Counted from the first letter of the stretch, positions 1-10,570 are shown. The stretch: DNA of 64,000 nt from Ostreococcus lucimarinus (GCA_000092065.1 CP000601.1); one strand, 5' to 3'. Notes: a model not told the origin generated them from the sequence alone. Numbers and translations: made by a program.

Positions 1-269
1 TCGGCGTGTGGTGTTCGTCGATGTGTTACGCGTCGTCGTTCGTGAACGTGATGGTGCTCGGGGCGATGAGACGGCGATGTTGAGCGCGCGTCAATGAAAC
101 GAACGCGAAATGCGGAATGCGAAATGCGAAATGCAGCGCGCCGGCGCGGTTGGCGCGGCTGGCGGCTGGCGGTGGGCGAATAATTAATGTAATGTACAGT
201 ACATGATGAATACAAACAACAATGAGCGAGGCGACGTGCAGGAATGGTAATGAACGATCATCTCGTGCT

Positions 270-2546
270 TCACTTTTTCTTCGCCGATGGCTTCTTCGCG
301 AGACCGCTCGGACGCGCGGACGACGGCGCGTGCGTCGAGACGCTCGAGCCGCGACGCTTGGCGGTTGATTTCGTCGACATCGGAGCGCTCGAGGGTAAGC
401 CTGCGGGACGCGCGCGTCTCGTGCGAGGAGACTTTGTCGGAGAAGCGTCATTTTCGACGTCAGACGTCGCTTTTGAGTTCGGAGGCGGCTGCGAACCATC
501 AGAAACTTTGAAGAGATTTTCCAACGCTTCGTAGTTGATTTTCGAGCTGCCCTTCTTTTTAGCTAAGACTTGACGCGCAGCTTCCGCGGGAGTCTCCGCG
601 GGCAGCGTGTCGGGGGCTTTTCTATGCTTCTTTTTCGTCGGCGCGCTCGTGCGGCTGGCGGCTTGCTCTTTCAAGGCTTGGAATTCCAAGTACTCCTTGT
701 TCATCTCAGACCAAACCAAACGACGAAGGTTGACTTCGTTTTCGTTGTGAATGTACGAATCGATTTCATCGTCGTCAACGTCCGAGAGCGTATCGATGAC
801 TTCGTTATCCTCCTTGGCGACGAGACCGTCGCTTTCAACGACCGCAAGCGCGGCCTTCGATGACGTTTGCGATGGATCGAACGGCGTCGTTTGGAAAGCC
901 TCGACGTCGTGCGGCGAATGCTTTGCCAACTGCGCCAGAGCTGAATCGTCGAAACACTTCGCGGCTATTAAAAAGTGTAAGACCAGCGCGTCCACTTGCG
1001 CGATGCGTTCACCTTCGTTGTTCACAAAGGTTTCGTAGTTTGGATGGAGCTCACACATATGCATCTTCGACAGTCGCGCCTTGGAGAGATCGCTTGTAAA
1101 CGGTAAGCAAACGAGTTCGGCCCATCGAGATCCGACGAGCAGGCGCAGGGCGTCCTCGGCGCGTCTCAAGAAATCAGCGTCGACCGGCTCGCGGCGACTA
1201 GTTTGAACGTGATGTTGCTGTTGCTGCTTTTGCCCCTTTTTCGTCATATTCCTCGCCGAAGTCGCGCGTTTCGACGAGCAAGGTAAGGCCAAGGGCTGAA
1301 CTGAATTCAACGGCGTAGGCGACGCGAGCAGCGCGCTCAAGTCTTGCTCGAGCGCCGAGTTAAATTCTTGCGTCAACGCGTCTTCGTCTCCCAATTCGCC
1401 CGACGACAGCGCGGGCAACAAAAGCTTTTGTTTTGCATCGATTTTCCGCTTCGCTTCTGCGCGCATGAACGCGGGCGGATCGGCGCCTCCCACCGAACCC
1501 CCCGAAATTCTAACGTAATCCACGTAACACGCGCGACACATTCCGTGCGCAAAGTGCGGAATGTTTTCGTTGTCTTTGTGCACACAGCTCAGCACCGACA
1601 TTGGGCTCGACGCTAGCGATTTTGTGTTTTTATTCGCTTCTTCTTCAGCCTCAAACGTGCGAGCTTGCGTGTCAAACTCCTCGATCGACAGCGCCGCGCT
1701 CGGCGTGTTTTCGAATTCGCTCAGACGCTTCTTCAGCGTCGATTCGCCGACGTGCACCACAGCCACGACATCGCGCTTGCTCGGACTGAATCCATGAATT
1801 TGAGCGGCGACCCACAACGCGGCACCACAAATTCCATTCGGACGACGACCAGTCTGCATCCAATCCCGCTTCATGGACGCCACGAGCCGCAGCGCCGTGT
1901 TCGCCACGGTGTGCATCCGTCGTCCCAAGTTCAACTTGTCCGCGAATCGATGAATGAACAGACTCGGATCGATCGGCTTTTGCATGAGCGGATGCTGCTC
2001 CAGTCGCAACAACCGACACAACTGTAAGAACACGCCCCCCAAAACGTACACGTTCGTCTGTAAAATATCCGCGAAATCAATCAACATGTACGGTCTCGAT
2101 TCCTGTCGACAGATGATGTACATGCACGCCCCCGCCACTTGCGAAATCCTTCGCCCTCGCGTAAAATTTCTCTGCACCGCGAGCTTATACAGCCGATGCG
2201 CCGCGTCCACGACGTCCTCCCTCGGTCGTATCCCCAACCGATCCGCCAACTGTTTAATCTCCAGCTTCCCTCGATACAGCGTGCGCTCGTGCGAGTCCAA
2301 CTGCACGCCGTACAGTCTTCCGCCTCGCGTCGCCCGTATCACCCCGTGCGCCACCCCGCTCTCCGGCACGTAGTGTCCATCCGGCACGGACGCTCCCTGC
2401 GCGTTCTTCACGAACGTCGCGTCCGCGCTGAACGCCGCGCGCTCGTCTAAAATCTTCCCGCACGTCGTGCAGCACGTGAACCCGTTCGCCTCGTTCGTCT
2501 CCGCCGCGACCCGTTTCCCGCACGTCTCGCACCACCGGTGCACCAT
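270..2546 (-). CDS. BRF1: Transcription factor IIIB subunit BRF1 (TFIIB-related factor)
   Basis: N-terminal TFIIB zinc ribbon (MVHRWCETCGKR...FTCCTTCGKIL) followed by two cyclin-like repeats (RISQVAGACMYIICRQE..., ICGAALWVAAQIHGF) and a long C-terminal extension. Start taken at the Met preceding the zinc ribbon (ATG at 2546); the six-frame ORF continues upstream only through a stop-free GC tract. Confidence 0.8.
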   Translation of the reverse strand: MVHRWCETCGKRVAAETNEANGFTCCTTCGKILDERAAFSADATFVKNAQGASVPDGHYVPESGVAHGVIRATRGGRLYGVQLDSHERTLYRGKLEIKQLADRLGIRPREDVVDAAHRLYKLAVQRNFTRGRRISQVAGACMYIICRQESRPYMLIDFADILQTNVYVLGGVFLQLCRLLRLEQHPLMQKPIDPSLFIHRFADKLNLGRRMHTVANTALRLVASMKRDWMQTGRRPNGICGAALWVAAQIHGFSPSKRDVVAVVHVGESTLKKRLSEFENTPSAALSIEEFDTQARTFEAEEEANKNTKSLASSPMSVLSCVHKDNENIPHFAHGMCRACYVDYVRISGGSVGGADPPAFMRAEAKRKIDAKQKLLLPALSSGELGDEDALTQEFNSALEQDLSALLASPTPLNSVQPLALPCSSKRATSARNMTKKGQKQQQQHHVQTSRREPVDADFLRRAEDALRLLVGSRWAELVCLPFTSDLSKARLSKMHMCELHPNYETFVNNEGERIAQVDALVLHFLIAAKCFDDSALAQLAKHSPHDVEAFQTTPFDPSQTSSKAALAVVESDGLVAKEDNEVIDTLSDVDDDEIDSYIHNENEVNLRRLVWSEMNKEYLEFQALKEQAASRTSAPTKKKHRKAPDTLPAETPAEAARQVLAKKKGSSKINYEALENLFKVSDGSQPPPNSKATSDVENDASPTKSPRTRRARPAGLPSSAPMSTKSTAKRRGSSVSTHAPSSARPSGLAKKPSAKKK

Positions 2547-2671
2547 CGCGCGCCGCACCGCGCACCTCGCGCACCTCGCGCACCTCGCGTCCCGCGCGCA
2601 CCGCGCCGTCCTCTCCCGTCGTCGCGCGTCGCGAGCCCAATCCTCGTCGCCCAATCGTCCCGCGCCGACTC

Positions 2672-2790
2672 GACGAAAAACAACCCTCGTATGGCGATCC
2701 CGGACGGACGAAAAACACCCTCGTGTGGCGATCCCGGACGAAAAATACCCTCGTATGGCGATCCCGGACGAAAAACACCCTCGTGTGGCG
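2672..2790. repeat. Tandem repeat, about 30-bp unit x4 (GACGAAAAAYACCCTCGTRTGGCGATCCCG) in the BRF1/WD-gene divergent promoter
   Basis: Four near-identical head-to-tail units seen directly in the sequence, about 130 bp upstream of the BRF1 ATG. Confidence 0.85.
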
Positions 2791-2988
2791 ACGTCCAGCG
2801 CGGTCGCCGGCCGACGGGCCGCGTCAGCGCGCGCGACGCGGACGCGGACGCGCGCGACGCGCGGCAGTCGGCGGCGCGCGTCGGCCGGGCGATCGCGACG
2901 CGCGCGCTGACGCGGACCGTCGGCCGCGACGCGAGGCGCGACGCGAGGCGACCGACGAAGGACCGACGGGGCGACGGACGCGGTGGTT

Positions 2989-3075
2989 GACGGACGGACG
3001 GACGGACGGACGGACGGACGCGCGACGACGCGCGACGACGGGACGACGGGACGACGGGACGAGGCGACGAGGCGA
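2989..3075. repeat. Compound microsatellite (GACG)n / (GGGACGAC)n
   Basis: gacggacggacggacggacggacg followed by gggacgacgggacgacgggacgagg; creates a spurious ORF N-terminus. Confidence 0.8.
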
Positions 3076-3216
3076 ACGTCGATGGACGACGGCGCGAGAA
3101 GCGCGCGCGCCAGAGCGCGGACGAAGACGGCGCGGGACGAGGACGAAGACGGCGCGGGACGAGGCGCGGAGGCGGCGCGCGACGACGGGGCGGCGACGAC
3201 GACGCGAACGACGCGG

Positions 3217-4860
3217 ATGGACGAGGACGGCGCGGGAGGATTCGCGCGACGGAGTCGAAATATATTCGCCGACGCGCAGCGACGGCAGTGGTGCAGAGAG
3301 CGGCAGATCGGGGAGCGACGGGGAGGCGCGGCGAGCGCGAAGACGGGGGCGACGGCGCTGCGGTGCTCGAATAAGCGCTTCGTGGAGGAATTGAGGCTGA
3401 GGGAGACGCTGGAGAAGCACGGTGGGTGCGTGAATTGCGTGAGTTGGAACGACGATGCGTCGCTGTTGATCTCTGGGAGCGATGATATGACGGTGTGCGT
3501 GTGGGGGTGCGGGGCGAAGATGCCGCTGAAGGGGTCGGCGTTCACGGGGCACACGCACAACGTCTTCGCGAGCGAATTCGTGCCGCAATCGAACAGCGCG
3601 TACTGCGTCACGACGTCCGCGGATGGAGACGTGCGGTTGGTGGATTTAGAGCGTGGGTTTCGAGGGCCCGCGCCCGCGCATTACGGTTATCGCCTGCGCG
3701 GGGCGAATCAACCGAATTCCGAGTGCAGTCGCTCGCTCTGGCACGGTCGAGGCGCGGGGATGGGGTTCGGCATGACGTTCGTGCCGAACGAACCGAATAC
3801 GTTTTTGTCGTGCCATCAAGACGGTCGCGTTCGTTTGTTCGACTTGAGGCAAAGTCACGGTGGTTTCGAAGGAAACTCACACGAAATCGTCGTCGATTTG
3901 AGCGCGTGCGGGCCGACGTCGGAAATCGTGTTCGACCCGACGGCGCCTACGACGTTCGCCGCGTGCTCGGACGATCCTCACGTGCGCGTGTTTGATCTCA
4001 GACACGTCAAGAGTAACCGGCGAGAAGCGGCGCGCGAATGTCCAGCGGCACCGAGTCCGAGCACGTCGCCCACGGGTCAACCGATGTTTCTGAGATCGCC
4101 TCGGCCTTCGATGAATCACGACATTCCGTGCGTCATGATGCTCAGTCCGCTCGAGCTCGGTCGAGGCGTGCGAAGCCCGGGCTTTGAGGGTATATCTGGC
4201 CTGGCTTACTCGTCCAAGGGCGAACTCGCGATTAACTGCAAAGGCGACGACGTGTACCTGTTGGACACTCGCCGAGCGGCGGCGAATATCAATTCTGAGG
4301 AACGTATTTTTAAGTCGTTCTCCGTGCCGTGGGAAATGCCGATCACGCATCAGGCGGCGAAGAGGTACGTCGGACGCAGAAATGTGAAAACCTTCTTAAA
4401 GGGTGTCGCTTTTATGTGCGACGATGAGTACGTCACGACGGGTGGTGACGATGGCAACGTATACGTCTGGCACAAAGATACGTGCGAGCTCGTGTGCAAA
4501 ATGCAAGCAGACAGTCAGGTGGTGAACACCGTTTTGCCGCACCCGCACTTGCCGACCATCGTGTGCTGCGGTATAGACAATCACGTGCGCGTCTTCGAAG
4601 CTGGTGATGGTGGAGTGCATCTCGGCACCCCTCCCATGCGCGATGAACACGACGCTTGGGGATTTGACGAAGAAGATGACGAGGAAGAAGAAGATACGGA
4701 TGAAGACGATGAAGACGAAGCGAGCACCGATAGCGACGACGACCACCGCGGCGAAAATCTCGCGAGATGGTCTCGAGCGCTCGTCGATGCTGCGGATGCG
4801 CCAGAAGAGGATGACGACGATGATGCCGACTTTGAACCTGATTCGATGCGCGAAAACTAA
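3217..4860 (+). CDS. WD40-repeat protein, DCAF8/WDR42-like (DDB1-CUL4 associated factor-like) with acidic C-terminal tail
   Basis: Conserved block RFVEELRLRETLEKHGGCVNCVSWNDDASLLISGSDDMTVCVW...HTHNVFASEFVPQSN...CVTTSADGDVRLVDL resembles DCAF8. Multiple WD repeats, C-terminal poly-D/E. ORF opens at 2983 inside a microsatellite; likely start is ATG 3217 (or 3082). Confidence 0.65.
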   Translation: MDEDGAGGFARRSRNIFADAQRRQWCRERQIGERRGGAASAKTGATALRCSNKRFVEELRLRETLEKHGGCVNCVSWNDDASLLISGSDDMTVCVWGCGAKMPLKGSAFTGHTHNVFASEFVPQSNSAYCVTTSADGDVRLVDLERGFRGPAPAHYGYRLRGANQPNSECSRSLWHGRGAGMGFGMTFVPNEPNTFLSCHQDGRVRLFDLRQSHGGFEGNSHEIVVDLSACGPTSEIVFDPTAPTTFAACSDDPHVRVFDLRHVKSNRREAARECPAAPSPSTSPTGQPMFLRSPRPSMNHDIPCVMMLSPLELGRGVRSPGFEGISGLAYSSKGELAINCKGDDVYLLDTRRAAANINSEERIFKSFSVPWEMPITHQAAKRYVGRRNVKTFLKGVAFMCDDEYVTTGGDDGNVYVWHKDTCELVCKMQADSQVVNTVLPHPHLPTIVCCGIDNHVRVFEAGDGGVHLGTPPMRDEHDAWGFDEEDDEEEEDTDEDDEDEASTDSDDDHRGENLARWSRALVDAADAPEEDDDDDADFEPDSMREN

Positions 4861-5090
4861 ACGAATGTTCTAGCATACTGTACTGTACAACGATGGAGCT
4901 CGGAAAAACGACGCTGGCGACGACGAAGGATGACAACCGCGGTCTGGGATGATTGCGAGATGACGACGACGACGACGACGACGCTACCGAGCGAAAGAAT
5001 ATCCAATTTTTAATTTCAGCAATTAAACTGATGACGATGAAGTAGACGCGCGATGTTTAAGATGCGAAACTTCTTTTATTTAGATACGCG

Positions 5091-5762
5091 CTACTTCACG
5101 AACCTCGTAATGATGACCACAACTACGCCGACGACGACCAAAAAGAGCAAGAGCATGATGCACTTATCCGTCGCTAACCCACGGGTGATGTCCTTCAGCA
5201 CGCCAAACGACTTTTTCAACGAAAAGTGGATTTCATCGAGATCATCTACGATTTTCTCCAGTTGTTTTGTCTGCCCGCGCAACGCCTCGGCGGTTTGCGT
5301 CCCTATTTGAATCGTCTCCTCAACCACCGCTTCGCTTCGCATGATGCTCTTATCCGTTTGGTCCATGACGTTCCTACCGTGATCAATCAAATCCCCAGCC
5401 TCCATGAGTTGCAACTGCTCATCCTCTACAATCTCCCCCTTTGGCTTTGGCCGGAACGCCGGCAACGTAAACGCCGTCGACGTAGCCGTCGTCGACGTCG
5501 TCACCCCTCCCGACGTGCTCGCTTCCCCGCCCTGACTACCAACCTCGCTCTTCCTCTCTTCTTGTTTCTCCGCGATCGCAATCTGCGCCTCCTTCTTCAT
5601 CTGCACAAACTTGTTCAACCTCGACACGTATTCCTTCTTCGCCGCCGCCAACGCGTTCGCGTCCATGGCCCCTTCGCTCAGCGCCCGTCTCTCAAACTCC
5701 TTGATCAGCTTTTTACTCTCCGCCATTTTATTGGTCAACTTTTTCAAGTGTCCGCTCGACAC
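5091..5762 (-). CDS. Qb-SNARE of the NPSN (novel plant SNARE) type, C-terminal TM anchor
   Basis: SNARE motif VEETIQIGTQTAEALRGQTKQLEKIVDDLDEIHFSLKKSFGVLKDITRGLATDKCIM followed by a hydrophobic tail, closely matching NPSN11-like proteins. Confidence 0.75.
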   Translation of the reverse strand: MSSGHLKKLTNKMAESKKLIKEFERRALSEGAMDANALAAAKKEYVSRLNKFVQMKKEAQIAIAEKQEERKSEVGSQGGEASTSGGVTTSTTATSTAFTLPAFRPKPKGEIVEDEQLQLMEAGDLIDHGRNVMDQTDKSIMRSEAVVEETIQIGTQTAEALRGQTKQLEKIVDDLDEIHFSLKKSFGVLKDITRGLATDKCIMLLLFLVVVGVVVVIITRFVK

Positions 5763-6247
5763 CGACGTCTCGCGGCTCTCGAGAACGTCCTTACGCTTGA
5801 ATCCGTCCCTGCGCCGACGCGTCGCGAGCTCGCTCCGTCAGTCCCGTCCCTCGCGCGTATTCCGTCTCGTCGCGTCGCTCGCGTCGCTCGAATCCCATCC
5901 CATCGCATCGCGCGACGCACTCTAACTCCGCGAACGCCGTCCGCAGCTGATCTCGCGTCGCCTGCGCGCTCATCGCGTCGTCGTCGACCGTCGATCGCGC
6001 CACGTGTTGTCGGTCGTCGTCGCCCCGCGCGCCCGTCGCGACGACTCACGCCCGATCGCGCGTCGGCGATCGCGCCGTCGTCGCGTTCTCGCCGTCGACC
6101 GATCGCGATCGCGCGATCGCGTCGAGACGTCGCGTCGAGACGTCGTCGAATTGTGGCGTCGACGCGCGCGCGCATTCGCGTCGTCGCGTCGACTCGCGAG
6201 CGATTAGAATGACTCGTTCGTTACAAACTCGCGCCCGTCGTCGTCGC

Positions 6248-6676
6248 TCAAAACAATCCGAACAGTTTCTTCTTCGGCGCCTCCTCCTTCCCGCCCTTCC
6301 CGCCCTTCCCGCTCGTCGTCTTCGTCTTGCTCGACGTCGTCCCCGCGGCGACGCCGCCCCCCGGCATCGTCCGTCCCGCGCGCGACGGTCTCGCGCTCGA
6401 GATCGTCCTCTGAAACTCCCTTCGCGCCCCGAACGCGGTCGACGCCTCCTTCGCGCCCCGCGCCTTGCGCTTGTTCTCGTCGATCTTTCGCTGCTTCTCC
6501 GCCATGCGTCGTTGAATCTCCTTCGCGTCGATGTTCGGCCCGAACCCACCGAGGCTTTCGATCTTCGGGCGCGTCGCGCGCGCGCGTCGCGTCGTCGCCG
6601 TCCCTCTTCGCGTCGTCACGCGCGTCGCGACGAGCGCGCGCGAGCGCGTCATCGTCATCGCGCGCGGCGTCGCCAT
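6248..6676 (-). CDS. Small lysine-rich protein with organelle-transit-peptide-like N-terminus (hypothetical)
   Basis: ORF MATPRAMTMTRSRALVATRV... then KIESLGGFGPNIDAKEIQRRMAEKQRKIDENKRKARGAKEA...GKGGKGGKEEAPKKKLFGLF. The N-terminal MA(S/T)-rich style resembles other transit peptides in the window. No family recognised. An alternative start is ATG 6505. Confidence 0.3.
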   Translation of the reverse strand: MATPRAMTMTRSRALVATRVTTRRGTATTRRARATRPKIESLGGFGPNIDAKEIQRRMAEKQRKIDENKRKARGAKEASTAFGARREFQRTISSARPSRAGRTMPGGGVAAGTTSSKTKTTSGKGGKGGKEEAPKKKLFGLF

Positions 6677-6960
6677 CGCGTCGTGCTTCGCGTCGTCGCG
6701 TTGTGTCGCGACGCGTCGCGTCCGCGCGCGTTCGGGGTCCGCGCGGCGCGGCGCGCGCGCGGAGGGCGCGCGCGCGAGGGCGCGCGCGCGAGGACGGTCT
6801 CAATCGGACGGTCTCGTCGAACGGAAGGCGCGAGCGCGGGCGGCGCGGGCGCGCGGGCGGTCGGACGGACGACGAACGACGCCATCGAGCGACGCGCGGC
6901 GGCGATGCGGTGACGACGCGCGCGAATCGGGCGAGGAAACGACGCGCGCGCGCGTCCGGG

Positions 6961-9900
6961 ATGCGCGCGCGCGGACGCGGGCGCGAGCGCGCGACGGGGG
7001 CGCGCGAGGAGGCGACGCGACGACGCGCGGGATGTCGTTGGGGACACTCGACGCGCGCGCTGACGGCGCTCGCGCCGGCGCTGTGCGTCACGCTCGGCAG
7101 CGGGGGGGAGACGATGGTGACCGTGGTCGCGATCGGGGCGAGCGCGGCGCGCGGGATGGACGCGATGGGGAACGGAGAGGGGGCGCTGGGCGCGATTTGG
7201 ACGACGGCGACGGCGGCGCTCGGGACGCTGCTGACGAGAGGGAGCTGGCGGACGAGCGCGACGGTCGGGACGTCGTGCGCGCTGCTCGCGGTGAATGGGG
7301 TGAATTTGTTTTTATTTTGCTCGTGGTGCACGCTGCAATTTCGGTGGATACACGAGTCGCACGCGGGCGCGGCGGCGACGTGCGAGCGTTTGATTTTCGC
7401 GCTGTGTCCGCCGACGACGACGACGATTCTGACGTGGGCGTTCGCGAGCGCGAGCGCGGGAGCTGAGAGAGCGGCGTTTTACGGCTCGGTCGTGTCGTTG
7501 ATCACGCATCGGATGTTTTTGTTTCCGTGCGCGAGCGCGTGCGCGGCGGTGACGAAGACGAACGGGCCTCCGTCGGACAAGCGCTCGGCGTTGACCGAGA
7601 GCGACGCCGAGTACGCCACCGTGGCCACGCTCGGCTTACCCGTCGCGTTGTATTTATGGACGAACCTCGACACACTGTTCAAGTCCCTCGATCACGTCTT
7701 CGCGTGTGGGGCGTTGGTGACGGTCCCGGTGTTGTATTTAATAGCCGCCGGCACGGAGAAGTCGTTGTGGTGGCGCGCGCGCGGCGTCGACGTGGCGTCG
7801 AAAAGGATGGAAACCGCCGTGCTCCTCTTCGCACTCACTGGATTTGCGGTGAGCGTTGAAGGTGGAATAATATTTAGTGAATTTGCCGAGTACATCGAAA
7901 TCATGGCTCCTTTGAATTACATCATGGTGACGGTTTCCGTCCACAGCGCGCTGGCAGTTTTCGCCGCGTGCTACGCAAACGCCGTCGGCGACGGCGTCCC
8001 GACGGGTGCGGTGAAGGCGACGTTGGCTCTGTCTACGTCGACCGCAATTTGTGCTTTGGGTGCACCTCTGTGGATGATTCCGATCCCCATCGCCGGATCA
8101 TCGTCATTCGTCAAATATTATTACGAGGACCGAGAGCCGAAGGATTACGGCGTGTTTGCCGCGAGTTGCGTCGGATGCTTTTCGTGGTTTCTTTCGAAGA
8201 ATTTCTGGTCACTCGATGTGCGCGTGGGAGCTTTCGACGTCAAACAATTGTGTGTCGCCATATTACTCCTCGCCGTGGCGGCTTTGGCTTTGCCAGCGGT
8301 GTTGAATACGAAAAGCGCGCGCGCGCCGACGGTTGGCGTCCTCGTCGTCTGTTACGTCTCGGCGCTCGCAACGATTGAACAAATCCTGAGTCAAGCGACG
8401 CATGACGACGATTCTTTGATTTATCCACCATATTTGGTCATCGTCACTTCCATCAGCGGCTTCTTGGCGAGTCGAGGCCTCGTCATCAGCGGGAGAATCA
8501 GTCGCGAATTTGGCTGGGTGATGCAGAGCGTGTGCGGCGCAAAGCTCTCCATGCTCTTTGTTCGCGGTTTGAAGGAAATGTTCAGCGTCTTGGTGGTCGT
8601 GCTCGCCATCACCGCTCCGCACGCGATGTCACGGCGAATGACTCAATTATCTCCGGGCGCGAGCGTTGGTTATTGCGTCGCTTTGGTGTTCTCTTTGGTA
8701 TTCGCTCGGTTTGCGATGTTTGACGTTATATTTGAACTCTCGGGTCACCGACCGACGGACGCGACGCTCTTCGGTGGACTCCTCCTGATCACGGGGGCGA
8801 GCTTGGCGTCCGTGGTAACGCGACAAAGTTACGGTGATGACATGTTTAGCAAACGATTGATGATGCTCTTGAGTTTCTGTGGCGTCTTTCTCATCACCTT
8901 CCGACCGCCGATGCCTTGGAAGGGCGAGGTGGGCATGTGGTATGACGCCGAACACGTTCCCGACTCTGAAGAAGACGAAGCGAGAATGTACGGCGTGCGC
9001 GAGAACGCGCATCATGGATGGCCGAGCTGGTTGCTGATGTTAGCCGCGCTCACCGCGATATTCGCCGTCTCGTCTCCACGACAACAGACAAAATCAACGT
9101 CAACGATTCGAATCGCCTTAAGCGCCGTGTGCGGTGGGAGCGTTGGTTTATATATGGCGCTGGAATTCTTCGTCCAGCAAGTGGCGCTGACGGCACTACT
9201 ATTTGTCGCGTGTGCGCTGGTGGGAGTGTTCTTGTCTTTCACGTACAGCCCTTCGCCGAAGTCTTCGCGCTGGTTGCCTTACGTGTATTTATCGTTCGTC
9301 TCCGTTCTCGGCTTGGCGTACGTCACACAAATGGGTGGCTCAGACGAGACTGTGGACGACCATCAGGCGAGAATGGAAGGAAAATTCGGTGTCGTCGGCG
9401 TTTTCGCCGGGACTTCGCTGCAAATCGCGTTTGCTCTGAAGTTGAGAATCAAAACGAGCCTGGAGAGCGTGCAACATCGACGACGTCAAGGCGGTACTTC
9501 ACCGTTCCTTCCCGCCACTGGTCGCAGTCGTCCGGAATATTTCCGCGGTGTCGCGAGCAGAAACGAGCACAGAGAACTCAAGGCAAAGGCGATCGCTTGG
9601 ATGCCAATCATCGGGAACATCGCCACGCTCACGTCCTTTCTCGCGTGCGTGGTGCTGAGCGATGAGTTGGCCGATGGCTCCGCGTTTTCGGTCTTCGTCC
9701 TCGCGCCCATTCTGCTTCTTCTTCACCAAGACTCGGTGATATTTCCTATACTGGAAGACAGCCAACGATACGCTCCACCGCTCGCGATGATCGTGGGTAA
9801 GATGTGCTGGGACGCCGTCGCCGCCATCCTCGCCGGCCCGAACCGAGTTCACGTTCTCGCCGCGACCGCCTCCAAGTTGCCGTGGATGACGCTCAACGCG

Positions 9901-10131
9901 TTGAGTCTGCTCCTCGCTTCGGTGAATAGCATCAATTTGGTGCACTACCTCGCCACGAGCGTTCGCACGGACGGGATGACGCTCATCTTGACCGCCCCGC
10001 TCGCCGTCGTGGCGCCGTTTCTTTCAAAAATTCCCTCCGTGCGCGCGCTCGCCTTCACCAGTCTCATCGCCGTCGTCACCCAGCACACCCTCCAGCGTCG
10101 AGCGAAGATCGTCGGGCTGAAGTATTTATAG
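6961..10131 (+). CDS. Large polytopic membrane protein (>20 predicted TM segments), unknown family
   Basis: About 1000-aa continuous ORF with many hydrophobic helices (e.g. LNYIMVTVSVHSALAVFAACYANAV, LCVAILLLAVAALALPAVL, LLMLAALTAIFAVSS) and coding-type GC3 usage. ORF opens at 6703 in a stop-free GC tract; plausible starts are ATG 6961 or 7114. Confidence 0.5.
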   Translation: MRARGRGRERATGAREEATRRRAGCRWGHSTRALTALAPALCVTLGSGGETMVTVVAIGASAARGMDAMGNGEGALGAIWTTATAALGTLLTRGSWRTSATVGTSCALLAVNGVNLFLFCSWCTLQFRWIHESHAGAAATCERLIFALCPPTTTTILTWAFASASAGAERAAFYGSVVSLITHRMFLFPCASACAAVTKTNGPPSDKRSALTESDAEYATVATLGLPVALYLWTNLDTLFKSLDHVFACGALVTVPVLYLIAAGTEKSLWWRARGVDVASKRMETAVLLFALTGFAVSVEGGIIFSEFAEYIEIMAPLNYIMVTVSVHSALAVFAACYANAVGDGVPTGAVKATLALSTSTAICALGAPLWMIPIPIAGSSSFVKYYYEDREPKDYGVFAASCVGCFSWFLSKNFWSLDVRVGAFDVKQLCVAILLLAVAALALPAVLNTKSARAPTVGVLVVCYVSALATIEQILSQATHDDDSLIYPPYLVIVTSISGFLASRGLVISGRISREFGWVMQSVCGAKLSMLFVRGLKEMFSVLVVVLAITAPHAMSRRMTQLSPGASVGYCVALVFSLVFARFAMFDVIFELSGHRPTDATLFGGLLLITGASLASVVTRQSYGDDMFSKRLMMLLSFCGVFLITFRPPMPWKGEVGMWYDAEHVPDSEEDEARMYGVRENAHHGWPSWLLMLAALTAIFAVSSPRQQTKSTSTIRIALSAVCGGSVGLYMALEFFVQQVALTALLFVACALVGVFLSFTYSPSPKSSRWLPYVYLSFVSVLGLAYVTQMGGSDETVDDHQARMEGKFGVVGVFAGTSLQIAFALKLRIKTSLESVQHRRRQGGTSPFLPATGRSRPEYFRGVASRNEHRELKAKAIAWMPIIGNIATLTSFLACVVLSDELADGSAFSVFVLAPILLLLHQDSVIFPILEDSQRYAPPLAMIVGKMCWDAVAAILAGPNRVHVLAATASKLPWMTLNALSLLLASVNSINLVHYLATSVRTDGMTLILTAPLAVVAPFLSKIPSVRALAFTSLIAVVTQHTLQRRAKIVGLKYL

Positions 10132-10570
10132 TTCATAGCGTCGTCGCCGATTGTAGAGCGCCCGAGCGACCGACTTCCTCTCGACGCGCGCGCGCGCGCC
10201 GATCGAGTCCCCACTCCTTGAGTCACGAACGCTCGCATCAACCCTGGCCCACGGGGTCGGGTTCGATTTCGCCGCGCGTTCGCTCGAACGACGTCGAGCT
10301 CGGCCCGCGCCCATCCGTCTCTTTTCGACGCCCCGCCGTCGACGACCCGGACTCGGCCGATCTTTGCGCGCGCTCCACGCACGTAAACGTCACGCACGCG
10401 CGTTCGATCGATTCACCGCACGCCTCGCGCGCACGGACGCGCGCGACGGACGCGCGAAGAAAGTTCTAGGGTCTTCAGTTTGAACGACGCCGAAATCGCA
10501 TTCATCCGCGACTCGTCCTCGATCGAGGGACTGCGTAAAGTTTTAGACACGCGAGCGTCGTAAACGCACG

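Noticed and set aside
2983-3216. N-terminal 78 codons of the WD-repeat ORF (MVDGRTDGRTDGR...)
   Set aside because: Encoded entirely by (GACG)n/(GGGACGAC)n microsatellites; the likelier start is ATG 3217 just before the conserved DCAF8-like block.
5226-7331. Long ORFs on both strands (for example 5226-6212 +, 6204-7331 -, 6531-7466 +) encoding Arg/Ala/Ser-rich polypeptides
   Set aside because: They lie in CG-repeat tracts that simply lack stop codons, are mutually overlapping in several frames, and have no globular or conserved segments. Treated as non-coding promoter or 5' regions.
10240-10275. GGGTCGGGTTCGATTTCG resembling a tRNA T-arm
   Set aside because: No acceptor or anticodon stems can be drawn around it; the GTTCGAWTC consensus is imperfect. 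Not a tRNA.
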